This document shows, piece by piece, positions 1 to 14,056 of a DNA stretch of 64,000 nt (position 1 is the stretch's first letter; each line of letters starts with the position of its first letter). Made by a program: the position numbers and the translations under genes. The DNA comes from Mytilus edulis (lineage: Eukaryota): NCBI RefSeq assembly GCF_963676685.1, contig NC_092345.1, positions 17,918,001 to 17,982,000 of the forward strand, written 5' to 3'. The notes beneath the pieces were generated by a model that was not told the origin of the DNA, searched no databases, and saw only the letters and a program-made list of their open reading frames with translations.

Positions 1-168
1 CAAAAGCTTCCTTTTATTTATAATTTGAAAATGCATTTTAGAGTAATTGAAAACACCTGTAATGCCTTATGATAAGCTTCCATAGAAAACATTAACTAAA
101 TATTAAATATTCAATGTAATAAATCAAGTTTATTTTGATCTGAGGCTAATCAGTTTCTAACATTGCAG

Positions 169-3100
169 TTTACATCCAGGAGATCTATATCCTTACACAA
201 GAAAACCATTATTTTTAATTGTTGATAGTGACAACAGCTCTGCATTCCAGGTATGTGTATTTTTCATTAAGGTCTTTCTATGGTTATGAAAATAAAAAGA
301 CAAGGTATGACTTCCAATGAGACAATTCACCACTAGATATCAAACAACTATAATCCACTGTATTGCCATTAATACTAATAGATTTTGATATATGTATGTC
401 ACCACTTGACATTGTAAAATGGGACAGAATTTTGGATGTTATACAATTATTCAATCCAAACATAATTGTAACCAACTTTTTATACTTAATTTGCCCATAA
501 ATGAAAGAATAGATTTATCTTTATAGTAAAGTCAATTTATTTATTTATTTAAAATACACAATGGATACGTTGCTATCAATTTTTGGGGATTACTTAAAAC
601 TTGCAAATTTATATTTTATATCTATTTCAATGTATTTGATTACATATATATGAACTACTGTTGATCCATTATTATGGGTTTTGTTGGTACAGGTCAACCA
701 CAAAATCAAATGTTAAATGCATAAACTTTTTGCAATAGGCTTGGTATACAGAGATTGGCAAAACCACAAAATCAAATAGGTGTTTTTTTATTATCTTTTG
801 TGGCTTTTTTATTGTGCCAAATTTATGACTGAAAATTGACATGATGATTATAAAAGGATATTATATTTTTTTCTTTTAAGAATTTTCCAAATTTGTTTGG
901 ACAGCCAGTTGTATGCTTTCTATCACCAGAACAGGTCCCTCATGCCATGCAAGGTAACTATCTTAAGGACACAAAAAGACTGCATTCAATTGAAATTTTT
1001 AATATTTCACAGTGATGTCCCTTTGTTATCAAAATGTACTACAATAATAAAAAAAAAATTCAGAATTCTGTAAGTAGAATATAAAAATGCATCAAAGTTC
1101 AATTCTATTTCCCGTCATAATTATTGTGTAGTTTTTGTGATTCCTTTTATAATAAGAAATATACAAATAGACAATTATTTCTCTTAACTAACTGCATGAA
1201 AAAGAACCTCCTAGTAATAGCTTATTATATGTTTCAACTTTTGCTTCAGTATACTCCTTTGTATAAAATTATTTGAAATTATCAAAACTATTAAGAATAT
1301 AACCATGCTTACTTCGTTTGTTAAATGTATAGCCATTTCTTTATAATGCATGTTTTTATTTTTTAGCTGTTAATCAACCTATTATAGGTTTGTTAGTTTG
1401 CTGAAATCCTTTTCTTTTCATGGTTCTTTTGGGGTCTATCAAGTAAAGGGTCAAGAAAGGTGCATTTTATTTTCAAACAAGAAGGAAAATTTGATAGGTT
1501 TTAACCAATAAAAAATTCTTCATTGTTTGAATTTTATTTTTGTAACATGTAGATCCAATTTAAACATTTGCTGTAATCAGGTGTTCAGCATTAAGCAGTT
1601 GGCACATATGTGCAAGTTTAGTTGTGACATTAATCTTTTGTATCCCATGTTCTATTAGAATTACCAAACAATAAGTTGTTACAAGGGAGACAATCTGTGA
1701 TTCCATATGCACCTTTTTTGATCCAGTACATTCTCTTTACCTTCTTTGCTCTTAGTTGGCATACTATGAATTTTATGTAGGCTATTATCTCATGTAGGGT
1801 TAGATTTTTTGTTTATTTCATTTTTTCATTTTTTTATTTTGAATGAATCAAAGACAGTAAGATATACTGTCAACTTGTGGGAAATACCTTCAAATGAGAA
1901 AAGTGTTTGGACAAGCAAATTTAATGTTTCATACAATAATAATAAAACAATATGAATAATTTATCATCACTACGAAAATAATTTTATAAAAAGTGATTAG
2001 AACTATTGAGATATCCAATTTCTAACATATATTCTGCTATTTTTGGTTTTCAGAGAGAAGTATGTACATTATGTGTTGATTTTTATGGATGTTTGATAAC
2101 ACTTGTATATGATTGGCTGATTTTTATGGATGTTTGATAACACTTGTATATGATTGGCTGATTTTTATGGATGTTTGATAACTCTTGTATATGATTGGCT
2201 GATTTAGATTCTCTCAAAAAAATTGGGACATCATGAAAAGAATTTGAATACAATAATTTTCAACAGAAATACCTGTTTTCTATCTAGTCATTGTTTGTGC
2301 CTTAATTGATTCTTAATTCATTCTGATAATGACCAATAGATCCTAATTTAAAATTTAAGCTATAATTGGGGAAATAGAAGCAGAAAGAAGTATTGTTACA
2401 ATGTCTTTTTTTATTTACATTAATAGAGAGAATCTAAATACATATTTTTTGGTATTGGTGTTGTCTTATTGCTGCTATAGACAAGAAATCAATTTGATAG
2501 TTCCACAAAGATTGAGAATGTCACATTGGCTGTTGTGATATTATGTATAGCAAACTAGCACAGTACTATTTTTTTATTTTAGTTTGTTGTAGATAAAATC
2601 AGGGATATGTTAAGAAAATTTTAATTATTTTTTAATTAATCCATTCACTTTAAATCTATATACATTTCAAATATAGTTCTCAATACTTATTGTACGCTTA
2701 ACGAAATTAGATTTAGTGTGAAAAAATTCCTATTTTTTTATTGAAGTACATGTCTTTTCCCGTTTTAATCCACAGTATCTATAAACCCCTCCCCTGTTTA
2801 ACTATAACCATACCAAATACCCTATCATATATGAATAAGTACTGGTAGGTATATATAATGCTGCTATAGCTATGGAAAATTGGTTAAGTGTATGTGTTAA
2901 TACAAGTACAATTTTTAAAAAAATGTGTAGATGTGTTTGCATTGTAAATATTTTTATTGAATGGTAATGGTGCTTGCTTTTACAATGGCTTTATAGATTT
3001 TTGCTTGTATATTTTTTTGCATGTAGATTTTTTTGATGATTTACAAACAAGCTCCTTGGTTTAGGTTTTTTGTGTGTGGTTTGTCTTATTTTCAGACACT

Positions 3101-6100
3101 ATTTGAATGCATAAAATTATATACAAACATAGAAAAGTTAGATTTTCAATTTTAAAGAACTTGTATAGCTGATGGTAACAGCTTGTATGCCAGAGAAAAA
3201 AAGATGTAGTTAGTTCAGTTCAAATTCTTAAGTATTTTAATGCCCCACTTACGATAGTAGAGGGGCATTAAGTTTTCTGGTCGGTGCGTCCGTTCGTCCA
3301 TGCGTCGTTCATCCGTCCGGGCTTCAGGTTAAAGTTTTTGGTCAAAGTAGTTTTTGATGAAGCTGCGGTCCAATCAACTTGAAACTTAGTACACAGTTTT
3401 CTTATGATATGATCTTTCTAATTTTAAAGCCAAAGTAGACTTATGACCCGAATTTCACAGTCCACTGAACATAGAAAATGGAAGTGCCAGGTTCAGGTTT
3501 AAGTTTTTGGTCAAGGTAGTTTTTGATAAAGTTGAAGTCCAATCGACTTGAAACTTAGTACACATGTTCCCAATGGTATGATCTTTCTAATTTTAATGCC
3601 AAATTAGACTTTTTACCCTATTTCACGGTTCATTGAACATGGAAAATGATAGTGCAAGTGGGGCATCTGTGTACTTTGGACACATTCTTGTTTAATCTCT
3701 ACATCAGGACAGTGCACGAAATGAATGCAATTATCTATTAATTAATATCAAACATACAGAAAAAAAAAATTGTTTGTGCCAAATGTAAAAATGTAAACTG
3801 ATTATCATGTTAGAACGATATTACTTTGTAGTAGGATGTTTGTATGACTTTAACTTACAATATTTCACATCCCAAATAATTTCATTTGATATTTTCAAAA
3901 TGATACTTCAAATCAGCATAGTTGGTACAATCTTAGCTCTGAATTATTAAACTTCATATAAATGGAAAAAAGAAGAGAAGTAATTGTAACAAACTAGCCT
4001 AGCAACTCAGTACACATGTTAGTATCTAAGTTGTGAAAATAACAACAATCCTAAGAATAACAAGGTACTGTGGCTTCATGTATTGTCATGGGAACCAATA
4101 TTATCAACTTCAGAAAACTTGCATTTTCATGGATATTTTATTTTTTATTTTCAAAGTCTGCCTGCAAGTATATATTTTTTTCATTTCGTTGATCATTTAA
4201 ATTTATGGTTCATCAGATTCCGTGAAATCCATGAAAATTTGGTCCAACGAATAATAATAAATCCATCGTATATATTCTTAAAATCTTGTTGGTTACGTAC
4301 TTTCAGATCACTGTCTACAACTGAATAAAATTTAAGAATGTTCATTTTCTATTTCAGATCAAAACCAGAAAGGCAAATTGTTTACATTGTTTTTACATTC
4401 CCCATTGATGGCATTCTGTCTAGTATGTAACTACATGTCAATATCCATAGCAACATGGGACAAATGTCAGGCTCAAGTCAACAAGTTTATGGCAGAAGCT
4501 TCAAAACTATTTGTTAAGTCTAGGTCAATAGGTAAGTACCTGGATGAAGTTTACTGATGGAATTAGTTTCTATCTTAGTACTTTATGCTGTTTCATTTGT
4601 AACGTGGGTGAAATAAATTCATTGTATATTCTTTACAAAATTGGGGTTGAAACACCAAATCCAGTATTTTTATTTTATTAGTTGAGTTCTGAGTCTGAGT
4701 AAGATAATTAATAAGTTTGCAAATATTGGTGTGTAAAAAAATAGTTTTCTCATAAAATACCTATGGTATATGAAACCTATCCACTTTTATTATTTTATTT
4801 TGAGGTAACTTTCATTTTATGCTTAAATAAAATATCTGTAATATAATATACTCTTATCTTACCATTTCAGATCATGCCTACATACAGTTTCTTGGAGATG
4901 ACTTTTTACGGCTCATTATGTTGAGATTTCTGTAATATAATATACTCTTATCTTACCATTTCAGATCATGCCTACATACAGTTTCTTGGAGATGACTTTT
5001 TACGGCTCATTATGTTGAGATTTCTGTAATATAATATACTCTTATCTTACCATTTCAGATCATGCCTACATACAGTTTCTTGGAGATGACTTTTTACGGC
5101 TCATTATGTTGAGATTTCTGTAATATAATATACTCTTATCTTACCATTTCAGATCATGCCTACATACAGTTTCTTGGAGATGACTTTTTACGGCTCATTA
5201 TGTTGAGATTTCTGTAATATAATATAGTCTTATCTTACCATTTCAGATCATGCCTACATACAGTTTCTTGGAGATGACTTTTTACGGCTCATTATGTTGA
5301 GATTTCTGTAATATAATATACTCTTATCTTACCATTTCAGATCATGCCTACATACAGTTTCTTGGAGATGACTTTTTACGGCTCATTATGTTGAGATTTC
5401 TGTAATATAATATACTCTTATCTTACCATTTCAGATCATGCCTACATACAGTTTCTTGGAGATGACTTTTTACGGCTCATTATGTTGAGATTTCTGTAAT
5501 ATAATATACTCTTATCTTACCATTTCAGATCATGCCTACATACAGTTTCTTGGAGATGACTTTTTACGGCTCATTATGTTGAGATTTCTGTAATATAATA
5601 TACTCTTATCTTACCATTTCAGATCATGCCTACATACAGTTTCTTGGAGATGACTTTTTACGGCTCATTATGTTGAGATTTCTGTAATATAATATACTCT
5701 TATCTTACCATTTCAGATCATGCCTACATACAGTTTCTTGGAGATGACTTTTTACGGCTCATTATGTTGAGATTTCTGTAATATAATATACTCTTATCTT
5801 ACCATTTCAGATCATGCCTACATACAGTTTCTTGGAGATGACTTTTTACGGCTCATTATGTTGAGATTTCTGTAATATAATATACTCTTATCTTACCATT
5901 TCAGATCATGCCTACATACAGTTTCTTGGAGATGACTTTTTACGGCTCATTATGTTGAGATTTGTCTTTTGTTATATTGTTCTTATCCTACACAGAGGCT
6001 TCAAAGTGAGTAATGATAAATGCATATAGAGTATTGTCTTTTAACTCTTATCTAATAATGTGGCTTTATTTATGATAGATCATTACATAAAGAACAGTTT

Positions 6101-8891
6101 GATTTTTATACGACTGCAAAAATTTTAATTTTTCGTTGTATATTGCTATCACGTTGGCGTCGTCGTCCTGCGTCGTCGTCGTCGTCTGAATACTTTTAGT
6201 TTTCGCACTCTAACTTTAGTAAAAGTGAATAGAAATCTATGAAATTTTAACACAAGGTTTATAACCACAAAAGGAAGGTTGGAATTGATTTTTGGAGTTT
6301 TGGTCCCAAAATTTTAGGAATTAGGGGCCAAAAAGGGCCCAAATAAGCATTTTCTTGGTTTTCGCACTATAACTTTAGTTTAAGTAAATAGAAATCTATG
6401 AAATTTTGACACAAGGTTTATGACCACAAAAGGAAGGTTGGGATTGATTTTGGGAGTTTTAGTTCAAACAGTTTAGGAATTAGGGGCCAAAAAAGGGCCC
6501 AAATAAGCATTATTCTTGGTTTTCGCACAATAACTTTAGTATAAGTAAATAGAAATCAAAGAAATTTAAACACAAGGTTTATGACCACAAAAGGAAGGTT
6601 GGGATTGATTTTGGGAGTTGAGGTCTGAACAGTTTAGGAATTAGGGGCCAAAAAGGGGCCCAAGTAAGCATTATTCTTGGTTTTCGCACCATAACTTTAG
6701 TATGAGTAAATAGAAATCTTTGAAATTTAAACACAAGGTTTATGACCATAAAAGGAAGGTTGGGTTTGATTTTGGGAGTTTTGGTCCCAACAGGTTTTTA
6801 GGAATAAGGGGCCCAAAGGGTCCAAAATTGAACTTAGTTTGATTTCATCAAAAATTGAATAATTGGGGTTCTTTGATATGCCGGATCTAACTGTGTATGT
6901 AGATTCTTAATTTTTAGTCCCGTTTTCAAATTGGTCTACATTAAGGTCCAAAGGGTCCAAAATTAAACTTAGTTTGATTTTAACAAAAATTGAATCCTTG
7001 GGGTTCTTTGATATGCTGAATCTAAAAATGTACTTAGATTTTTGATTATTGGCCCAGTTTTCAAGTTGGTCCAAATCGGGGTCCAAAATTAAACTTTGTT
7101 TGATTTCATCAAAAATTGAACAATTGGGGTTCTTTGATATACCAAATCTAACTGTGTATGTAGATTCTTAATTTTTAGTCCCGTTTTCAAATTGGTCTAC
7201 ATTAAATACCAAAGGGTCCAAAATTAAACTAAGTTTGATTTTAATAAAAATTGAATTCTTTGGCTTTTTTGATATGCTGAATTTAATCATGTACTTAGAT
7301 TTTTGATTATGGGCCCAGTTTTTAAGTTGGTTCAAATCAGGATCCAAAATTATTATATTAAGTATTGTGCAATAGCAAGAAATTTTCAATTGCACAGTAT
7401 TCAGCAATAGCAAGAAATCTTCAATTGCACAGTATTGTGCAATAGCAAAAAATGTTCAATTGCACAGTATTGTGCAATAGCAAGAAATCTTCAATTGCAC
7501 AGTATTGTGCAATAGCAAATATTTTCAATTGCACAGTATTGCACAATAGCAAGAAATATCTAATTGCACAATATTGTGCAATAGCAAGAAATTTTCAATT
7601 GATTGGAGTTATCTTTCTTTGTCCAGAATAGTAGTTGAATCAACTTAATTAATTGTTTTATACAATGCACAATGTATATTCACTTTTACTACCAACTGAT
7701 AAATTAAAACACTCTTTACCATTCAGTGATAACAAGCACTTTTTGGTTACATTTTAATATTTTATGATGTATTTAAATGAGTAGTTATTGTTGCAAACTC
7801 CATTAGAAATTTGAATTGAGATCAGTTTTGAAAAAAGGGAAAGGGGGATGTGAAAAAAAAATGGTGGGGGGGGGGGGGTTAATTTTTCTCATTTCAGATT
7901 TCATAAATAAAAAGAAAATTTCTTCAAACATTTTTTTGAGAGGATTAATATTCAACAGCATAGTGATTGCTCAAAGACAAAAAAAATATTTTAAGTTCAT
8001 TAGACCACATTCATTCTGTGTCCAAAACCTATGCTGTGTCAACTATTTAATCACAATCCAAATTTAGAGCTGTATCAAGCTTGAATGTTGTGTCCATACT
8101 TGCCCCAACTGTTCAGGGTTCAACCTCTGCGGTCGTATAAAGCTGCGCCCTGCGGAGCATCTGGTTTTATTTGTTTTAACTGCACAACACAAAAACTTGG
8201 GAGTTAAATCTTTAAATAACATGTATTGCTTAATCCTTCAGATTCAATCACATTTGAAACAATTGTGCTTACATTTATATTTAAAAAAAATGATTGAATT
8301 GAAAGAATGACTCAATAATGACCTCACTAGAAAGCATTATACAAATGTCTTGCTTGCTCCTGACTTCTATTTGTGTGGTAAACCTTTGCCAATTTGTACT
8401 GTTAGTAAAATAAAATCTAGGAATGGAAACAGGAAAATATGTCAAAGGGCTTCAGCTGGCCTATAATCACAATTTGTACTAGTTCAGCAAAAATGAATGG
8501 CACACTAAACTCCTATACTATAGCCAATATAAAATAAATACACACAGCAATACGCACAGTAAAACTCAGTTTGAAAAAAGTCCTAAGTCCAATAATAGAA
8601 TAGGTAACAGAAGAAACCAAACAAGGTGACTATGACAATAAACTTCTAAATAGCTGAGGAGATATATATATATATATTTTCAATTTAAAATCTAGTTTTA
8701 ACATCAATCTAATAGTTATGAATAATTTTCAGGGGCCTAGCTACTACCCAATGTCTCACCCCCCATTGCCTACAGAAGAGATACTGGAACACCCTGTGCT
8801 ATGTAAGATTGTGCTTGAACTTGCTACGTTATTGGACTGTAGACATGTAATGTCAGAGCCTGGTGAAGTTGACATTCACGCGACAACGTGA
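169..8891 (+). CDS. SCAI: SCAI (suppressor of cancer cell invasion) homolog, last five coding exons; 5' part lies upstream of the window
   Basis: Exons 169-250, 881-953, 4358-4531, 5905-6005 and 8733-8891(TGA) have canonical splice sites and consistent phases. Translation: LHPGDLYPYTRKPLFLIVDSDNSSAFQ/NFPNLFGQPVVCFLSPEQVPHAMQ/DQNQKGKLFTLFLHSPLMAF...KSRSI/DHAYIQFLGDDFLRLIMLRFVFC...HRGFK/GPSYYPMSHPPLP...LELATLLDCRHV...TT*. This matches the SCAI C-terminus as I recall it (LHPGDLYPFTRKPLF, NLFGQPLVCLLSP, LFTLFL, QFFGDEFLRL). Confidence 0.93.
2078..2206. repeat. 41-bp tandem repeat, 3 copies
   Basis: GATTTTTATGGATGTTTGATAACACTTGTATATGATTGGCT at 2078, 2119 and 2160, inside a SCAI intron. Confidence 0.9.
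3235..3633 (+). mobile_element. HINE/DINE-1-like non-autonomous Helentron-type element, family A, with 2 internal core repeats
   Basis: T-run, subterminal IR ATGCCCCAC...GTGGGGCAT, CGTC/CGTT microsatellite, duplicated core of about 169 bp, and 3' imperfect hairpin GTGTACtttgGACAC followed by T-run. A homologous copy lies at 14057-14377. Confidence 0.75.
4066..4270. mobile_element. Degenerate TA-flanked MITE (TACTGTGGATTCA-type termini)
   Basis: Starts TACTGTGGCTTCA and ends AATCCATCGTA. Related sequence at about 656, 16205 and 16527-17041. Confidence 0.45.
4835..5963 (+). repeat. 94-bp tandem array (12 copies) made of the SCAI intron end, acceptor and first ~58 nt of the exon
   Basis: The exon-like segment ATCATGCC starts at 4871, 4965, 5059, 5153, 5247, 5341, 5435, 5529, 5623, 5717, 5811 and 5905. 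Copies look identical apart from a C>G at 5227. Confidence 0.97.
6103..8168 (+). mobile_element. HINE-like element, family B, with three nested internal tandem arrays
   Basis: Subterminal IR TATACGACTGCA ... TGCGGTCGTATA and a CGT microsatellite at 6158-6185. Internal arrays: ~160-bp units x4 (6201, 6360, 6521, 6682), related units at 6820-7350, and ~35-bp units x7 (7362-7600). Ends in a GC-rich hairpin-like segment, then CTGGTTTT. Confidence 0.75.
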
Positions 8892-9334
8892 TCTGATGAT
8901 GTTTTACACAACGTTTTTGTTACATTCCATGTGTTCTTTAAACATTTTGTCTCAAATTATACTGTAAGCTACTTTATTTTTGTAGCCAGAATTATAGAAA
9001 AAGATTTTTTATGTAAATTCATAATATAATTGTCACAGTTAGATTGAAATTAGTTTTGAGTACTTTCAAATTTAGAAAGTTTAAAAAGATTAGTGTAATT
9101 AAAAGTATAATTTTTAAATTTGTTGATGAAGCTTGTTTTGTATGATGGTTAGCATTTTTATAAAAATAAATTAGCTTGCAGTATGTATTATTAAGCTTTC
9201 AAATGAGATTTTTTTAGGATTTAAGCATGAATGTAGATGAGTTGTAAAAGATATTATTTTTGTGCCATTTTTAGATTTTTTTTTATAATTCACAAGCATT
9301 TGATTAATTATTTTGCATTAGAAAGAAGATTGGA

Positions 9335-10595
9335 TTTTTAGCTCACCTGGCCTAAAAGGCCAAGTGAGCTTTTCTCATCACTTGGAGTCCGGCGTCGTCC
9401 GGCGTCCGGCGTTGTCGTCGTTAACTTTTAAAATCTTCTCCTCTGAAACTACTGGGCCAAATTAATCCAAACTTGGCCACAACCATCTTTTGGGTTAGTA
9501 GTTTGAAAAATGTGTCCGGTGACCCAGCCATCAAACCAAGATGGCCGTCATGGCTAAAAATAGAACATGGGGTAAAATGCAGTTTTTGGCTTATAACTCA
9601 AAAACCAAAGCATTTAGAGCAAATCTGACATGGGGTAGAATTGTTAATCAGTTCAAGATCTATCTGCCCTAAAATTTTCAGATGAATTGGACAACCCGTT
9701 GTTGGGTTGCTGGCCCTGAATTAGTAATTTTAAGGAAATTTTGCTCTTTTTGGTTATTATCTTGAATATTATTATAGATAGAGATAAACTACAAACAGCA
9801 ATAATGTTCAGCAAAGTAAGATTTACAAATAAGTCAACATGACTGAAATGGTCAGTTGACCCCTTTAGGAGTTATTGCCCTTTATAGTCAATTTTTAACC
9901 ATTTTTCGTAAATCTTAGTAATCTTTTACAAAAATCTTCTCCTCTGAAACTACTGGGCCAAATTAATCCAAACTTGGCCACAATCATCTTTTGGGTTAGT
10001 AGTTTGAAAAATGTGTCCAATGACCCGGCCATTCAACCAAGATGGCCGCCATGGCTAAAAAGAGAACATGGGGTAAAATGCAGCTTTTGGCTTATAACTC
10101 AAAACCCAAAGCATTTAGAGCAAATCTGACATGGGGTAGAATTGTTTATCAGGTCAACATTTATCTGCTCTGAAATTTTTAGATGAATCGGACAACCCAT
10201 TGTTGGGTTGCTGACCCTGAATTGTTAGTTTTAAGGAAATTTTGCTGTTTTTGGTCATTATCTTGAATATTATTATTGATAGAGATAAACTGTAAACAAC
10301 AATAATGTTCAGCAAAGTAAGATTTACAAATAAGTCAACATGACCGAAATGTTTATTGTCAATTTTTAACAATTTTCATAAAATTTGTAAATTTTTACTA
10401 ACATTTTCAACTGAAACTAATGGGCCAAGTTCATTATAGATAGAGATCATTTTAAGCAGCAAGAATGTTCAGTAAAGTAAGATGTACAAACACATCACCA
10501 TCACCAAAACACAATTTTGTCATGAATCCATCTGCTTCCTTTAATATTCACATAGACCAAGGTGAGCGACACAGGCTCTTTAGAGCCTCTAGTTT
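9335..10595 (+). mobile_element. HINE-like element, family C, with ~500-bp internal repeats
   Basis: 5' TTTTTAGCTCACCTGGCC-TAAAA-GGCCAAGTGAGCT hairpin and a CGTC/CGG microsatellite. The unit repeats at about 9431 and 9932, with a partial third copy. The 3' end has GGTGAGC, the palindrome AGGCTCT-TT-AGAGCCT and CTAGTTT. Confidence 0.8.
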
Positions 10596-11906
10596 ATATA
10601 TATTCCTATTACACCAAAGGATCAAATTGTCTTGTCTGGAAGGGCATATTTTTTAAATAAACTTGTACAAGCTATTAATATTTTAACTTTTTCTTGCAAT
10701 CATATTGATTTGCAAAAATAATTCCAATCATTGATAAGCTCTTTAAAATACTATCTATATTTTAAAGAATTCATCAAAAATTATTCCTTTAACTTTATTT
10801 CATAGTTTTTTAAAGGTTATATTTGTCATTATATATAAGTCTTGGTTATCACAGCACCGTTTTAGCCCAGAATTTGTGTGTGAAAAAAAATGTCCTTTTG
10901 ACATACCAGTGCTAGTCTATAAGAATCATATCCGTTTCAAATGCATTTTGGTGAATCTCAACAAAACCATTGAACATCAGATTTTTTACATTTACTGAAA
11001 TTGGATGTTTCAGAGTATGTTGATTATATTGGGGCTGAAATTATCATGTAAAAATTTTCCAAATGAAATGGTTATGCTGTGACATTTTAGTTAAGATAAG
11101 GGATGTATTTTAATGTTCAGAAGTAAAAAACGGGCATTAAGTAATAAATGCTTTTATTTTGTCTTTCTTTTTAGTTTTTGAAGTATTATTTGGATAGTGA
11201 TATTCCATATGAAGAAACCAATTTATGTTAACCTTTGTATTATACAATAAGATATTATTAAACATAGGGTTATATAATTAGATAAACGGAATAAAGCAAA
11301 ATGCAATATTTACAAAATATTTTGAGTTCAGATGGACATACTTGTATATATTTTCCATTTTAAGAAGGCAGTGCATAAAAATAAAAAAATGAGGCCTAGA
11401 TTTTGATGTTTTAGCTCTAAGAGTTGTAGAATAAAGAGTTCAATTGTAAAAAAATATTGAATGAGTGACTGAAAAACATTTATTCACGAATTTGCGTAGT
11501 GTTTTTCTGTCACATATTTTTCTACAGGGATAGATTAGTCCATCTTTTTATTAAATATGCAAGGAGCTATAATATTTGCTTCTGTACATTTAAAATTTAT
11601 TTTGAAGTAATGTCATTGACATTTTCTATGGAACACATTTGATGATGGAAATTATCGTATTTTATTTTATTGGGAAATTATGGTATTTTCATTGTAACCA
11701 ATGTAACAATTTTAGAATTATGACTTGTTCAATTTAGCACTGATGAATGTTATATTAGAGATATTTTATATTTTTCTTTTTTATTTATTTAATAGAATTT
11801 GTAAACCTCAATAGCATTTCCAATACCACCCCATGTCATTGGAATTATAATACACTGTTAGATCATATTGTTTTCTTGTTTAGAGAGTAAGTACTGATAA
11901 ACAACA

Positions 11907-11927
11907 TTTTTATACCCCATGCAACGA

Positions 11928-11963
<36 letters not shown>

Positions 11964-13217
11964 CGTCCGTCAGTCCGTCCGTCCGTCAGTCCGTCAGTCC
12001 TGTTTCTTGTCATCGCAACTCCTCTCAAACCACACAACAGAATTTCACGAAACCTTTTCAGATAATAAGGACATACTATGTAGTTGTGCATATCGACGGG
12101 AAATTGCGATTCAATTTTTTTTCTAGGAGTTACGCCCCTTTGAACTTATTTACTTTAATGTACTACTGCAACAGTTTGTCATCGCAACTCCTCTCAAACC
12201 ACACAACAGAATTTCACGAAACCTTTTCAGATAATAAGGACATACTATGTAGTTGTGCATATCGACGGGAAATTGTGATTCAATTTTTTTTCTAAGAGTT
12301 ACGCCCCTTTGAACTTATTTACTTTAATGTACTACTGCAACAGTTTGTCATCGCAACTCCTCTCAAACCACACAACAGAATTTCACGAAACCTTTTCAGA
12401 TAATAAGGACATACTATGTAGTTGTGCATATAGACGGGAAATTGCGATTCAATTTTTTTTCTAGGAGTTACGCCCCTTTGAACTTATTTACTTTAATGTA
12501 CTACTGCAACAGTTTGTCATCGCAACTCCTCTCAAACCACACAACAGAATTTCACGAAACCTTTTCAGATAATAAGGACATACTATGTAGTTGTGCATAT
12601 CGACGGGAAATTGCGATTCAATTTTTTTTCTAGGAGTTACGCCCCTTTGAACTTATTTACTTTAATGTACTACTGCAACAGTTTGTCATCGCAACTCCTC
12701 TCAAACCACACAACAGAATTTCACGAAACCTTTTCAGATAATAAGGACATACTATGTAGTTGTGCATATCGATGGGAAATTGTGATTCAATTTTTTTTCT
12801 AGGAGTTACGCCCCTTTGAACTTATTTACTTTAATGTACTACTGCAACAGTTTGTCATCGCAACTCCTCTCAAACCACAAAACAGAATTTCACGAAACCT
12901 TTTCAGATAATAAGGACATACTATTTAGATGTGCATATCGACAGGAAATTACGGTTCAATTTTTTTTCTAGGAGTTATGCCCCTTTGAACTTATTTGCCT
13001 CAATGTACTTCTGCAACAGTTTGTCATCTCAACTCCTCTGAAAACACACAACAGAATTTCATGAAATTTTGTAGATAATAAGGACATACTATGTATATTG
13101 ACAGGAAATTATTATTCAATATTTTTTCTTATACAATTTTTTTTCTTATACTTATTTAATTTCTCCAATGACAATGTGGGGACATGGGGTATGTGAGCGT
13201 GCTCACTAAGGTTCTTT
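11907..13217 (+). mobile_element. HINE-like element, family D, carrying a 169-bp satellite array (~6.5 copies)
   Basis: Subterminal IR ATACCCCATG ... CATGGGGTAT, 5' hairpin GCAAC-GAA-GTTGC, and GTCC/GTCA microsatellite at 11957-12000. Units start at 12010+169n up to 13024. 3' palindrome GTGAGC-GT-GCTCAC. Confidence 0.85.
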
Positions 13218-13389
13218 AATCTTTTACTGTAACTGTCTTAAAATTGTAAAATATAGTTAGATCATACATCACTTTCCTTAAAATTCTTAATTCAATTTAA
13301 CTGTGAAGTACATTAGACAAGAAAACAAATAGTTTACCTAATTCTATAATACATGAGTACCTTAAATTTTTATAAGTAGATTTTTTTAT

Positions 13390-13590
13390 ATAGATTAGAC
13401 TGTTGGTTTTTCTCTTTGAATGGTTTTACACTAGTCATTTTTTGGGGCCCTATTTATCTTGCTGCTCAGTGTGAGCCAAGGCTCTGTGTTGAAGATCGTA
13501 CTTTGACCTATAATGGTTTACTTTTACAAATTGTGACTTGGATGGAGAGTTGTCTCATTGGCAATCATACCACATTTTCTTATATCTTAT
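13390..13590 (+). repeat. SINE-like interspersed repeat (GTGAGCCAAGGCTCCGTGTTGAAG...GAGAGTTGTCTCATTGGCAATCATACCACA family)
   Basis: Homologous segments at 17510-17760(+), 23680-23810(+), 23905-24020(-), 27585-27715(+), 32520-32750(-) and 57745-58400(+, interrupted). Confidence 0.7.
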
Positions 13591-13769
13591 TAATTGTAAA
13601 ATCATAGAATTAGATAGATTTTAGAGGAATGTTAACCACTTTAAATAGATTTAATACTCATGATTGAAGAAAGCCACCATTTTATTATTTTGTATATTAA
13701 AATAAGATTTTATGATGCTTGACTATCAGAATATAAAATCATCAAATTCTAGTGTCTAGATAGATTTAG

Positions 13770-13870
13770 ATTAGAATAAGTTCTTAAATATTAGAATAAA
13801 TTCTCAAATATTAGAAAAAATTCTCAAATATTAGAATAAGTTCTCTAATATTAAAATCAATTCTCAAATA
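13770..13870. repeat. 20-bp minisatellite, ~5 copies
   Basis: TTAGAATAAGTTCTCAAATA-like units in tandem. Confidence 0.85.
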
Positions 13871-14056
13871 TGTGAAAAATGGTTACACTTAAACACTTGT
13901 CTCAGTTATAGCTTAAATTCTGATAGTTTTGGGTTAATTTGGTATTACAAATTATTATTGAAAAATGAACAAAGATGTGAGATTTATTACTACATTATCA
14001 TATAATGATGCAACAGGTTAAATAAAATGATATTGCTTGTCAACTTCTAGAAAAGC

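Noticed and set aside
4835-5963. CRISPR-like regular array
   Set aside because: The units are contiguous identical copies without unique spacers, in a eukaryotic intron, and there are no cas genes.
11858-12802. Repeated 60-77 aa ORFs (MHIDGKLRFNFF...)
   Set aside because: They are translations of the 169-bp satellite and microsatellite inside a HINE-like element.
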